Origin: Malacoraja senta
Taxonomy: Eukaryota
Assembly: GCA_038087875.1 (NCBI GenBank)
Contig: CM075991.1
Location: forward strand, 5,332,112-5,396,000
Length of the DNA stretch: 63,889 nt
Direction: 5' to 3'
Shown here piece after piece: positions 50,074-62,086 of the stretch. A program made the translations under genes and the position numbers. Below the pieces are notes generated by a model, which was not told the DNA's origin, did no database searches, and saw only the letters and a program-made list of their open reading frames with translations. Within the stretch, counting starts at the first letter, position 1; every line of letters begins with the position of its first letter.

Positions 50074-51686
50074 TAAGCCTCAAAGACATTCACTTTCTGC
50101 CCCACTGTGGAAATTCTTGGGGAGTGAAATATATATTCCCCATCAAGACCAGTAGGTTCAATTAGATTTATTGCTTTTATATCCTATCTTCTTCATGCCA
50201 ATTTAATACATTTTGTTCCTATCATTCATGTCTTGCACTGAGCAGACAATAGACAATAGGTGCAGGAGTAGGCCATTCGGCCTTTCGAGCCAGCTGTGAA
50301 AATGTGCAGAACCACAAAATACTGTTGGCACCACAACCTCAGAATGGAAACTTTTTTTTCCTTAAATACATGGCTTTGATTTGAGAGTGAAAAAGCCACT
50401 GTAGGGTTAAACGGTATGACACTACTTGGAAAAAAATCAAGCTGATATCTGGAAAGTTGAATAAACTGGGCAACTGTATAAACCATTATTCACAGAGCTA
50501 TTCAGGTTGAAGGCATGCAGAGAGGTTTTGCAAAGCCATTATGTTAAAATGCACAATATGATTGTAGAATGCATGATGACATCATGCCTTGCGCAGCCAA
50601 CGTCACTGGAAGAATTCTTCCTCGGTTTGTCAGGTGTGCAATTCAAGCCATGAATCAAGTGAATGCAACAGAGAGAAGAAGCAACATCGGATATTTAAAC
50701 AGCCTTCAGGAATGCTTGCTTCCCCAATGTGATCCTACACGTCCGTCCATCCACCCACCAGGAAGTGAAATGGAAACCAGTCTGCTTCAGCCAAGTGGTT
50801 TAAAATGTAAGGCAGTGTTAGCAGTATTTTTTTTTTATGGCTTAATGAAAGGGAAATATGAATCCATTCATTGAACCACAGGCATGATCTAAGTCGATGA
50901 ATGAGCAAAGAACACTCGCCCCAGAGACAGGAAAGATTTGCATGAGGTGCTAATCAGTAAATCTCCACAATTATAAATAGATAAATGCCTAACTTTCCCA
51001 CCACACTAGATCAATTGCCTGTGAAAGAAAAAGTGCAGAAATATGAGATTTATACTACATTCACAAGCATGGACCACTGAATAAATCCTAAGCTTCAATG
51101 GACAGTACAGACAGGAGTGTTACAACTGCTTTCTTGATATATAACTGCTGTTCAGTGAAGTTTTTCCCTGGGTCTGTAATCTACTGCGAAGCACAGCATA
51201 ACAATAACAGAACCTGCAGCAGACGTCTTAAATTTTACAAGTTAACTGCTACATTCTCAGAAATGGTGTCGATGATGTTATCACAACTTTGGAATTGTAA
51301 AACCAGGACAAAGTAAAAGCGGCACTCAATGTCAGTAACAAAGTTGGAGACTATGACAAAAGAACGAAACATGGGCCAAATATAACAGTCTGTGATCAGA
51401 AATCCATGGCTTCCGTCAGCTTGTGCACTTTAACATCGAAAGGCATCAGAATATGGATGAGTTTATTTCCACCATGAGCAATTCCTCACCGGAATGTGTC
51501 TCCAAGACAAAACAAACATTGTATGCAGGGCTGCAGGGCTGCATGGCAAGATCACAATGCTTATTCCTGGAATGCGAACAGTCCAGCCCAGATTACCATT
51601 GTACAAAACATGAAACCAAAGGAAACATTCATGATCTCAAGAAAGCGAAGAGAGGCTGAAGACAAAAGTACTGAATTTAAGAGTTG

Positions 51687-51787
51687 TTTAAGAAAGAACT
51701 GCAGGTGCTGGAAAAAATCAAAGGTAGACAAAAATGCTGGAGAAACTCAGTGGGTGAGGCAGCAATTATGGAGCGAAGGGAACGACG
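51687..51787 (-). mobile_element. Single-arm Penelope pLTR copy
   Basis: tttaagaaagaactgcaggtgctgg...ggagcgaagg, flanked by TTAAGAGTTG repeats (51677-51686, 51788-51797). Confidence 0.78.
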
Positions 51788-53514
51788 TTAAGAGTTGGAT
51801 TATCATTTTAAGTTCTTGCAGGTGTTATGGGGAAACAAGGAATAAGGGAATAGTGCAAGAAAGTATTTAATGTTCAAGATTAGTCACAAGCCTATGGAAT
51901 GGAAGCAGCACCTGAATGACCTGCTCCTGCTTCTCTTTCTTACGTTCCATGTTCCACAAACTACCGCCATCATTCCCCATCGCCACCGATTTCCAATTAG
52001 TGCAGTAAGATGTTGCACCGGAAACGCTCTCAAACTTACCTTGGTTTCCTCGACTGATTTAGCACAATGCTAGTATATTGGTCAAACAGTGGTCAAAATG
52101 TTGTAGCCTGCACAACTTCCAACAGAATCTCAATAAAACGGAGAAACCACCTGTTTTTATGTTTCACCTGCTCCTTCAGCAAAGTCTCTGAGCCCACCTG
52201 CCTGTCAAAGACAGAACTTGCTTCAAGTTCACTTGCTCTCTACCACTTGTACACAACGTTGTCATACATAGATCAACAAGAATCAATAACCTCAACCCTA
52301 GTCTTTTCCTTGTGCTTTCTAGTTAATTCTGAGTGATTTAGAATGTTGCATTTTTAATAGTTGTGACAAAGGTTACTGGCATCACATAATTCCTTGTGGC
52401 TTGGGAATGGTATGTGACACTTAACTTCTAAGAAGGCCTTCAGAATTAGATGTGAAAGAAAATAGGATGAGGGAATACTGATAACACATTTAGCTGTTTT
52501 ATATCCTGCCACCAAAATACTGTGCCCAGTATGACTATAATTCCTTTGCTTTGGAACAAATGGCCTGAATGGCTTCACTTAACCAACATGCGCACAAGAA
52601 TCAAAGATGAAAACATTATTTCACAGATCCTGAAAACTTAAAAACACCTTGCTTTATAGCCACCAAATATTTATCTACTGAAAAACAAACTGCTTGAGGA
52701 ACTAAGCAGGTCAAACAGCATCTGTGAAGGGAAATGGACAGATGACGTTTTGGATCGAGTCCTTCTTCAGACTGAAGGGTTGTTTGTTGTTCCTCCTCCA
52801 GCAGTTTATTTTTTGCACATCCTCCAGGAGTATGTTTTTGCTCAAGATTTCAGCATCTATAGTCTCTTGTGTCTCCATTTATCTGGTAAACTCACACTGA
52901 AACCTAACAGCAACATGATGTAAACGTTTTAAGATTCTTTCAAAGCTTTCTCTTCAGTCATCTGTTCTTACTCTGGTCTCCTTAACTCATGAAAGGTTGA
53001 ATGTGTTCATATTTCCTTCTGTTGGACTTCTTGGCACTTTGCTGGTATTACTATTTTTGTTACAGCTTGATAATTCATTGCCTTTTTTACCTCAAAGATA
53101 AATATGAACAACTTAAAATATGCCTATCACCTCAGAGGGTGGTGGAGGCCGGTTCTCTGGAATACTTTCAAGAGTGCTAGATAGGGCTCTTAAAGATAGC
53201 GGAGTCAGGGGATATGGGGAGAAGGAACAGGGTACTGATTGTGGATGATCAGCCATGATCACATTGAATGGCGATGCTGGCTCGAAGGGCCGAACGGCCT
53301 ACTCCTGCACCTATTGTCAACTGTCTATTGTATCACCATGAAACGACTCGAATGATAAAGTCAAGGAGTTGTACAATATAGAAACTGGTCCTTCGGCCCA
53401 CTGCATCAAAACTTACCATAATGCACATCTACGCTATTCCCACTTGCTTGCATTAATTCCATATCACTCTATGCTTGCTCTTTCAAGTACTTGCCCAGAT
53501 GCTTCCTAAATGTT

Positions 53515-53701
53515 TAAGAAGGAACTGCAGATGCTGGTTTAAACCGAAGATAGACACAAAAAGCTGGAGTAACTCAGCGGGACAGGCAGCATCTCTGAGA
53601 GAAGGAATGGATGGCGTTTCGGGTCTGAAGAAGGGTCTCGATCCGAAATGTCACCCATTCCTTCTCTCCAGAGAAACTGCCTGTCCTGCTGAGTTACTCC
53701 A
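53515..53701. mobile_element. Penelope pLTR-derived fold-back element inserted in a CR1 3' fragment
   Basis: Inverted arms with central ctgaagaagggtctcgatccgaaatgtc; TSD GCTTCCTAAATGTT at 53501-53514 and 53702-53715. Confidence 0.87.
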
Positions 53702-54995
53702 GCTTCCTAAATGTTGTTACTGTTCCTGCCTCCACCACCTCATTTAGCAGCTCATTTAAAATACCAACCTGCAAAACCGAGTATCAAATTTAATGTATCC
53801 CTCAGTACTCCTTTCATCCTCTACCCTCCAGACACTGACTATCCACCCGATCTATGCCTCTCATAATTTTATACACATATTAATTTGTACATAAGCAATA
53901 AATTAAGCATCATTATACTGAAGAAAAATAATCAAAAGCAAATTAGCGGGTCATTTTTTTCTATTACTAATTGCGGGATCTTGCTGTGCAGAAATTGTCT
54001 GACAGTACCTTCCAAAACGACAGTTTTAAGTAATTAGCATTTTGGGACACACTGATAAAATTAAAAATCGTAAAATACAACTGCACACTTTCTCAAGTCG
54101 CAGCTGGAATATAGAACACACTTAATATTAAACTTTGGAATGTACAGTTGCCAAATTTGTATGTGTGGTTAATGCAGCAGTCTTCACAACTTACCAACAT
54201 CAATCAACATTAGGTTGGGTCAGAGAGTGCGATGAAGCACACAATACCTACATTTATTTTTAAATAATCTAGAATCACCTGTGATAGATGAGGATTCTGT
54301 AGCATTTAACTGTGCAAAAATCCTAAGGCACATAATAAGATGTGACCATACAAAACTGACATCAAACTACAAAAAAGGTATAGAATAACATCTGTGATCC
54401 ACTAAACATATCTGAAAGCTAGTTTCCAAATTTCCTTAAAGACAAGTTGGCAAAGGTGCAAGTTTAAGAATAAGGGGTAAGCCATTTAGAACGGAGACGA
54501 GGATACACTTTTTCTCACAGAGAGTTGTGAGTCTGTGGAATTCTCTGCCTCAGTGGACGGTGGAGGCCGGTTTTCTGGATACTTTCAAGAGAGAGCTAGA
54601 TAGGGCTCTTAAAGATAGGGGATATGGGGAGAACGGGGTACTGATTGGGGATGATCAGTCATGATCACATTGAATGGTGGTGCTGGCTCGAAGGGCCGAA
54701 TGGCCTACTGCTGCACCTATTATCTATTGAAATGTTAATTTTTAAATCATTCAATATTTAGACTGAAGATTTAGAGACTGAAGAGGCTTCAAATTTCACT
54801 GTGTATGAAGGAACGGCAGATGCTGGTTTATACTGAAGATACACAAATTGCTGAAGTAACTCAGCGGGTCAGGCAGCATCTCTGCAGAAAAGGAATAGGT
54901 GACATTTCGTGTCAGAACCCTTCTTCAGACCCTTCAGAAGAAGGATTCAGACCCGAAACATCACCTATTCCTTTTCTCCAGAGTTGCTGCCTGAC

Positions 54996-55570
54996 TGCGG
55001 AGACTGCAGGACCTGGAGCTGGTGCGGCGGGGTCCGGAGCGGAGACTGCGGGACCTGGAGCTGGTACAGCGGGGTCCGGAGCGGAGACTGCGGGACCTGG
55101 AGCTGGTGCGGCAGGGTCCGGAGCGGAGACTGCGGGACCTGGAGCTGATGCAGCGGGGTCCGGAGCGGAGACTGCGGGGCCTGGAGCTGGGGCGGTGGCC
55201 CGGAGCGGAAACTGCGGGACCCGGGGCTGATGCTGTGGTGGGCCGTCTCGGAGCGGAGACGGCGTTCCGGCTTTCGGCGGCGGCGACATCACCACGGAGG
55301 TCCGCTGGACTGGAGGGCGGCATCTTCGGCCTGGATCGATCGCCTCAGCGCAGAGGGAGAACAAGGAGGGAAGAGACGGAGACTAAGACTTTGCCTCCAT
55401 CACAGTGAGGGTGTGCTTGGTGAACTCACTGTGGTGGATGTTTAATTTGTGTTTATTGTATGTTTTGTTATTATTGGTTCTGTGTATGACTGCAGGCATC
55501 ACAATTTCGTTCAGACCGAAAGGTCTGAATGACAATAAAGGAAACTTGATTCTTGATTCTTGATTCTTGA
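54996..55570 (+). mobile_element. 5'-truncated GC-rich retroposon with internal minisatellite
   Basis: Tail aatttcgttcagaccgaaaggtctgaatgacaataaag + (CTTGATT)n; carries the shared TCCATCACAG hairpin. Confidence 0.7.
54997..55260 (+). repeat. 42-bp GC-rich minisatellite, about 6 units
   Basis: Unit gcggagactgcgggacctggagctggtgcggcggggtccgga starts at 54997, 55039, 55081, 55123 and 55165, then degenerates. Confidence 0.95.
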
Positions 55571-58500
55571 CCTGCTGAGTTACTCTAGCATTTTGTGACT
55601 CTAGCATTCGCTGCCATTGATGTTGGGTGGCATGAATTAGTATTTATCACATCACTAAAAGAGCACCTGTAAGATATAATTTTTTTTAGATAAGATATAA
55701 TTTGTTTTATCGCACAATTAGTTTGCCTATACCATCTAAGCCCAGTATTTTCATGTTATTTTATATTGGATTAATAGTGAGGCAATCGGTAAAATGCCCG
55801 TCTACCAAAGCTAAAGGTGTGGAGATGCAGCTCACACCATCAACCTTTGTACATTTAAGAATCTGACCCCCACCTCAATATATAATGCTGAGCACCATCA
55901 AACTCAAATTTATTTTGATGGCAAATTATGGGTTATTGATAAATTCACCAATGCTGCAATAAAAATCAGGATTGTAAAAGAGGGTCAGAAGTAAAGGAGC
56001 CGAGACCTTGGACAGCTGTTGAACTGAAGACAAAATGGAGCGGCATGAGCATAGAGTGATCTGTAGTTGGTTTATTTTATCCACTTGATGCCTTTAAAAA
56101 CTCTTCACCGGGCAATCAAACATATGAACTAACTTCGTTCACCCAGAGAGTTGTGAATTTGTGGAATTCTTTGCCACAGAAGGCAGTAGAGGCCAATTCA
56201 CTGGATGAATTTAAAAGATGTTTAGCTAGAACTCTGGGGCTAGCGGAATCAAGGGATGTGGGGGGAAGGCAGGCACAGGTTACTGATTGTGGATGATCAG
56301 TCATGATCACAATGAATTCAAAGGGCCGAATGGCCTCCCCTCCACCTATTTTCTATGTTTTTATGTTTATATTTCCCTGCACAAGCACTCTGAGAATAAT
56401 TTAGATTTTCTTTTTCTTTATGACTTGGTTTCAGCTGTGAGAGGTGGGAAATCTGTAGATAAGAAGCAGTAAAAACCCTTGACTAAGTGTTCAACCCTCA
56501 TCAAGAAATTAATTAAACAATAGCTATGTCAGCTGTTTTAACGGCAATCCTTTGTGTGTGATTCACCATTATATCTTTGATTTGACCCGATCAAAAGCTT
56601 GTTATATTGAGGTCTAATGCTGGCTTTGTATGCAAGATAGCTATTATTCTGATCCAGTACACGTGTTTCTAAGGCAACATGCAAGGTCTACAGGGTAGGC
56701 AAGCGCATTAACTCATCCAGGTACAAACACTTCAGTAAGCTAATAAAAGACAGCATCCGCCAACAGACTTGTGTATTGGACTGTGAAAACATGCTCATGA
56801 TGAAGGCATTTTCCAAGTGTTTAAGACAAACTCTGTGTTAGTTTAAAATCTATCTGCACTTATATTTTCCCAAGTTTCCTTACTTCCATATAATCTTAAT
56901 ACATAAATAAATTCACATTATAATTTTTAGCATAAATTTGGCATTAAAACACTTTCCAACATTCGCAAGTCTATAAAAGACATATAAAACGCAGGCTCTC
57001 TGCTGCTGCAAGCTATTGGTGTTCACGATATGCGTGTGGCTTTAATACTCAGTATTGCAGGTTTGCCAATGGGAGCTGAATTCAAGTTGCATTAGAAAGG
57101 CCATTTAATAATCTTTGTCAATTATTTTCACTTTGAATTAGATATTTATTTTATTTTGGACTGTTCCAATTATCATTATTTTGTCCTCTTAACTTCGTAA
57201 ACATATGTGGTTTTATTTTTCTCATAAATCAGAGAAGAAAAAAACTTCTATTTTTATGCCACTGGGCATCCAAAGAGATTAAAAAATAATGAAATGCACT
57301 GTCACTATTTGAAATTACAGTATTTGACCACACTTTCAAATCACTAGAGAAAAACAAAAAAACTCAAATGCTGCAAATTTAATATAAAAATTAAAAATGC
57401 TGGAAATACTTAAGTCAGGGGAGAGAAACAAGGTTAACATTTCCGTTTGAAAAGATTTTCATCAGAAATAGTAAAAATTAGAAATTGAACCGAGAAAGGA
57501 GAGAAGAGAGTAAAAAGTAAATGTCTGTGATAGTACCAGATTAATTGATACACATTTTGTGTAATGTTAGCTAAGAGGTGATGAAGGCATGTCACGCGCA
57601 GCTGGTCTGTCTGGCGAAGTATTGGGAACTGAACAAGAATGGAGAAAATAAATGTGCTGGAACTGCCTCATACAAAACCCTGTGGTTGTCGGGAATATGA
57701 GATGCACAAGAGTCAGGTGATGATCGTGGTGTCGTTTGGCAATTGACCTACTTCACAGAAGTTGAACACCAGTTCTCTGGCACCTTCTGGAGCATGGCCC
57801 GCAGCAGTGAACGTCTGGCCAGTGTCTCACAGTCCTCAATTCCTCTGAAGGTCCTTCAAACATGCACAGCCCACTTCTACCTCCTCCCCATGATTCACAA
57901 CTACCTGATCTACTGAGTGCTTCCAGCAGTCTTCTTTATTTTAGAGTTTCAACAACCACAGTGTTCCAATAACTCAAAGTTCTGGCACTTTATTCCTCTT
58001 GTTCTCATTCACTCTCTTCTGGTTGCATCTCTTGAAGTCAGTTCAACATTCCGCACTTTGTCAACCAGCATGCCTGCCATTTGTCTCATTCAAACTCTGT
58101 CGGTTCCACCTCTGCAAAGACCTTTTTCCATCACCCCTCTCCTTTCTCTACAACTTTAAACAGTTTCATTTCCAACTTTTCCTCGTCCTGATGAAAAATC
58201 ATTGACTTAAAAGGCTAACACAGACACTGCCTATTCTCCTGACTATTTCTTTTTTTAAACTTAGGAATTATTTTATTGGCTGTGAAATCAGAAATTATAA
58301 AATAAATCGGGCTTCTTCCCTACTTCCCTTCTTCAATACTGCACTTAAATATCAGCTTGAATTGCCTATTCAAGTTCGAGAAGGTTATCCCAATGGTATT
58401 AATATCATGTTGCCTGTTGTAATGGTCCAACACAGGTATGAGCCGTTCCTTTCAAGTATCATTTCCCTTACTTGGCAGGTTGATGGCAGCAGTGCACCAA

Positions 58501-60323
58501 CCTGCAATAGTGTGTGTGCGAGAAAGCCATGGGGTGAAAACAATATTTTTGAGGGAGCGAGGCTGTGTGTTTGCAAGAGCATATGTTGGTCAGAATCTCT
58601 CAGATTCTTGTTTAGCCTAACTCCATCATGTCATTACTGATTATATCCTAATTCCTGTGTCAAGGCAAACTTCAGTTTGTGAAATGAAAATGGTAGGCAA
58701 TACGATGGCATTTTTGAACGGTGTCCACAATTGAAAGTGGTCTCCGATGATGGAAATTATTATCTAGTCAATTCAAATCAAATGTGAACCAGCTTGCTAC
58801 AATTGGCAGAGGGATGCAATGAAGAACTGCATGCGATTGGCTTCCAAAACAGATTTCTACTGGACTCCAGGATATTATTCTGCTGTATCTATCCCACAGA
58901 TCCCTAGGCAGCAGGCTAAAAAAAGAGCAGCACTCAAGCAAGAGTAGAATCAGTAATTCATTGAGTGGAACAGAAAGTCCCTCGGGGCTAAAACAAAATA
59001 ATAATTCAGGCCCTCTAGTTTTAATTCCGTTCCCAAATCATCTGTTGATGCTTTTACAAAAATCTGTGTTTCTTTACAAAATGATAAATGCATGGGCTAA
59101 TAATCGAACATCATGTTCAAGTATCTGAGTTGCCCTCAACTGGTAATCCACACCTGCTTCACTTCTGAGAAGGCCTATTTAATACCATAACCAGGATCAA
59201 ACTGGTCATGGATAAAACTAGGGAATAATGGGAGATGGAAAGGATGGGATTCACTGTCATGAATTTAAAGTCACCTCTACCGACTTCACAGCTGACAAAC
59301 ATGTGCTGTTGAATAGGTTTTTACGTTGGAGTTTTTATTCAGTGGGAATAGACAGTGATCCTTGTGACTCAGATTTGCTTGGCTTGTGACTCTCGCTTAG
59401 TGGCTGATTCATCTTCCAGAAACTTCTCAATCTACCCCCTCATCAACCCCCCCAAGGTCTTTATGCAATCCCTAAAGTTCAACTAACGATTCTGTGTGAA
59501 GGGACTAACATTGTGATGTTCAAGTCTGAACGTTCCTTGAACCTATTCTGATGCAGAAAGAGGAAATAAAGAGATTATGGTTGATCTTTATATAACACTG
59601 GTTTGGCCACAATCAGAGCATGGAGCTAAATTCCGGCCACTATGTGAAGGATCTGCAGGCAAGTCGGATGCACGAACTGTTGGAAAGGGAATAACTCCAG
59701 GACTAGGGGATTTAAATGATAAAGAGAGTAGGGAAGCTAAGATTTTTCTCCATGGAGCATAGGTTATAAATACATTTATTTAATCAAAGTGTACAAAATC
59801 TTGACAGGTTTAGATAAGGAAATAGAGCACGTTGTTTGCTTGGTGGAAGGGTTAAAGAACAAGTGGGGATACAGATTTAATAAGCAGGTGGTTTAGGGAA
59901 AATGAAAGGAAGTCCTTTCTTTTATGCAGTATGATCTGGAAGGCGATCCTTAATCTGTGTTGATGGTAGACTCAATTATACTTTTTAGAAAATAACTGAA
60001 TAAAAATGTGAAGGTAAATATGAAGAGGGCTGTGGAGAAAGAACACTGAATAATAACTGGATTGCTCTACATTCAGCACAAACCCATTGGATTGAATGGC
60101 CTCCTCTGTGTATCGCCCATTGGATTTGCTCATTTGTCAAGTTCTTTGGCCTCAATTTCCGATTTAACTTAAAGACTGGTTTAGCTGCGGCATTAATAGG
60201 AAATACAGACAATACTTTCATTGCCACTATTGAATACATACATCAATCCCTTCTTTCAAACAAATATGCCACACATAGGTCAATATTCCAACAAGAACTT
60301 ACAGTCAAAGATTTTGAACTTAC

Positions 60324-60364
60324 TTTTTCAAGGGTTCAATGGTTGTTTTCTGAATCTGATTGAC
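60324..60364 (-). CDS. BIN3: BIN3 internal coding exon (41 nt)
   Basis: tttatcag|GTC AAT CAG...TTG AAA AA|gtaagt. Translates VNQIQKTTIEPLK(K); phase 0 in and phase 2 out, compatible with both neighbouring exons. Confidence 0.95.
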
Positions 60365-61679
60365 CTGATAAAGAAACATTTTGCATAAATATGCTGAGCA
60401 CTGAAAGGAAGTATAAGTTAAGAGCGAAGGCTGCATGCAAAAACGAAGATAACAAAAGCATGTGAGCAGTTCCACTGTTCCAAGATGCAAGTAATTTTCA
60501 TACAATTTACACAGGGTTCCATTTTTAATTTCTAATTTTCACTAGTTCTGCAGGACTCCATTACGTTCTGGGATTCACATCCAACATCTTTTCAACAGAA
60601 ATAAAAGCCTTTAATTGATAGACAAATGCAGACACTAGATATCTCTACTTATGTTGGAATGCGGGGTGGGGAATAGATTTTGCCATTGCTCGGCATGCAA
60701 ATAAAATGTCATTCTTTCCATATTATTAATAAAATGCCTATCAAAAGCTACGAATTACACAATGGAATCTTACACCAGAGGTGGCATTCGGCATGCTGTG
60801 CCTCTACCAGTTCTTTGACTAGGCATGCAAATCATTCTTGTTCCATTGCACTCTCTTGTCTGCAACTCTTCCTTAGTTATCCAATTTCACTTTGAAAGTT
60901 GAACTACATCCATTTCCATTACCCTTTCAGGAAGTCTTGATTCTTGATTCAATCAACTTGTTGCATCAAAGGATTCTTATCTGATTATCTTGGCCTTTTT
61001 TTTGCAAATCCTATGGTGAGTCTAACGTAACCAACTCTTCTACCAGTGTCCCTCTACCCAAATCCAAGGACATCTCTACTGTCTCTCTCCATGGGGTTTC
61101 CACACTGTAAGAAAGATGTTGGCAAACAGAGACACAATAGCCCAATCTACTGCTTGGAATGAAAAAACACAACTAAAAAGACTTGAACTGTGACACAAAG
61201 GGGATTGTAATAAAGGAGTTTATAATTATGAAAAAATAGAATATTAAATAATGTCACAAGATTTAGCCCAGAGCAAACATATTAAAGCAAAAAAAATAAA
61301 AAATGTAAGGACTGTGAAGCCACGCAATATTCCACAATAGGATCGGAGACCAAAACTCCCATCATTTTTTTCATAATCAAAGTGCATGGCTACTTCATGG
61401 GGCATTAGAATTCACCTATTGTTCGACTCAAGTTACATGTTGTTAAACTCCAGAGTATTGATGATTCACTTGTACATTTACAATAATTTTCACCTGTGTA
61501 AACTCATTGATTGCCCAGTTTTGGATTTCCCAAATTCCTCAAGTAGTATTATCAACTTCGAGTTGCCAATCCAGCACCATCACGTTTGATTTCCACTCCG
61601 CACGATAGTGAAGGTGTAATCTCTGTTACTTCATCATTTAAATAATATCCTATCTTAAAGCAAAAAAGAATGTACACAC

Positions 61680-61816
61680 CTTCTCCTGATTGAAGGCATC
61701 CATTCTGCGCATTGCAGTGTCCAAAGCAGTCACTGTCTCCATAAACGTTTGGTCTTGATCACACAAAGGGTTGGCCAACAGATCTGATGAAATTTTCACT
61801 GCGGATTTTGACATTG
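61680..61816 (-). CDS. BIN3: BIN3 internal coding exon (137 nt; probably equivalent to human exon 5)
   Basis: Minus strand: ttcttctccgcag|CA ATG TCA...GAG AAG|gtgtgt. Translates (A)MSKSAVKISSDLLANPLCDQDQTFMETVTALDTAMRRMDAFNQEK, matching BIN3 as I recall it (AMSKSAVKISLDLLSNPLCEQDQ...MDAFNQEK). Ends in phase 0. Confidence 0.95.
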
Positions 61817-62053
61817 CTGCGGAGAAGAATGTTACAGTCCTTGCTTAAAATAAATTAATTGCCAATGAAATATAACAGCTTCATGAGTGCTAAGTAGACC
61901 GTGAGTTTTTTTTCTCCAGAGACTGGAAATTAAACATACCAATGCCTCAATCAGTCAATAGGCTTGTTTTAAAGCCACCATTAAAACTGTAGGTGGACAC
62001 AAAATGCTGGAGTAACTCAGCGGGACAGGCAGCATCTCTGGAGAGAAGGAATG

Positions 62054-62086
62054 GGTAACGTTTCGGGTCGAGACCCTTCTTCAGAC
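62054..62086 (-). ncRNA. Minimal hammerhead motif, BIN3-sense orientation
   Basis: Minus strand reads GT-CTGAAGA-A-GGGTC-TC-GACCC-GAAA-C-GTT-ACC (GUU triplet). Lies in a single-arm pLTR copy at 61994-62084 flanked by ACTGTAGG repeats. Confidence 0.6.

Larger units (their letters stand above)
54802..55598. mobile_element. Penelope pLTR fold-back element interrupted by a GC-rich retroposon
   Basis: The arm breaks at ...gctgcctgac (54995) and resumes cctgctgagttactctagcattttgtg at about 55571. Confidence 0.8.

Noticed and set aside
54997..55260. CRISPR-like array
   Set aside because: Units are contiguous with no unique spacers; vertebrate intron with no cas genes.
54805..55408. ORFs with (AETAGPGAGAAGSG)n or (APGPAVSAPDPA)n repeats as a structural-protein gene
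   Set aside because: They arise from a 42-bp minisatellite inside nested repeats, start in pLTR sequence and lack supporting exon context.
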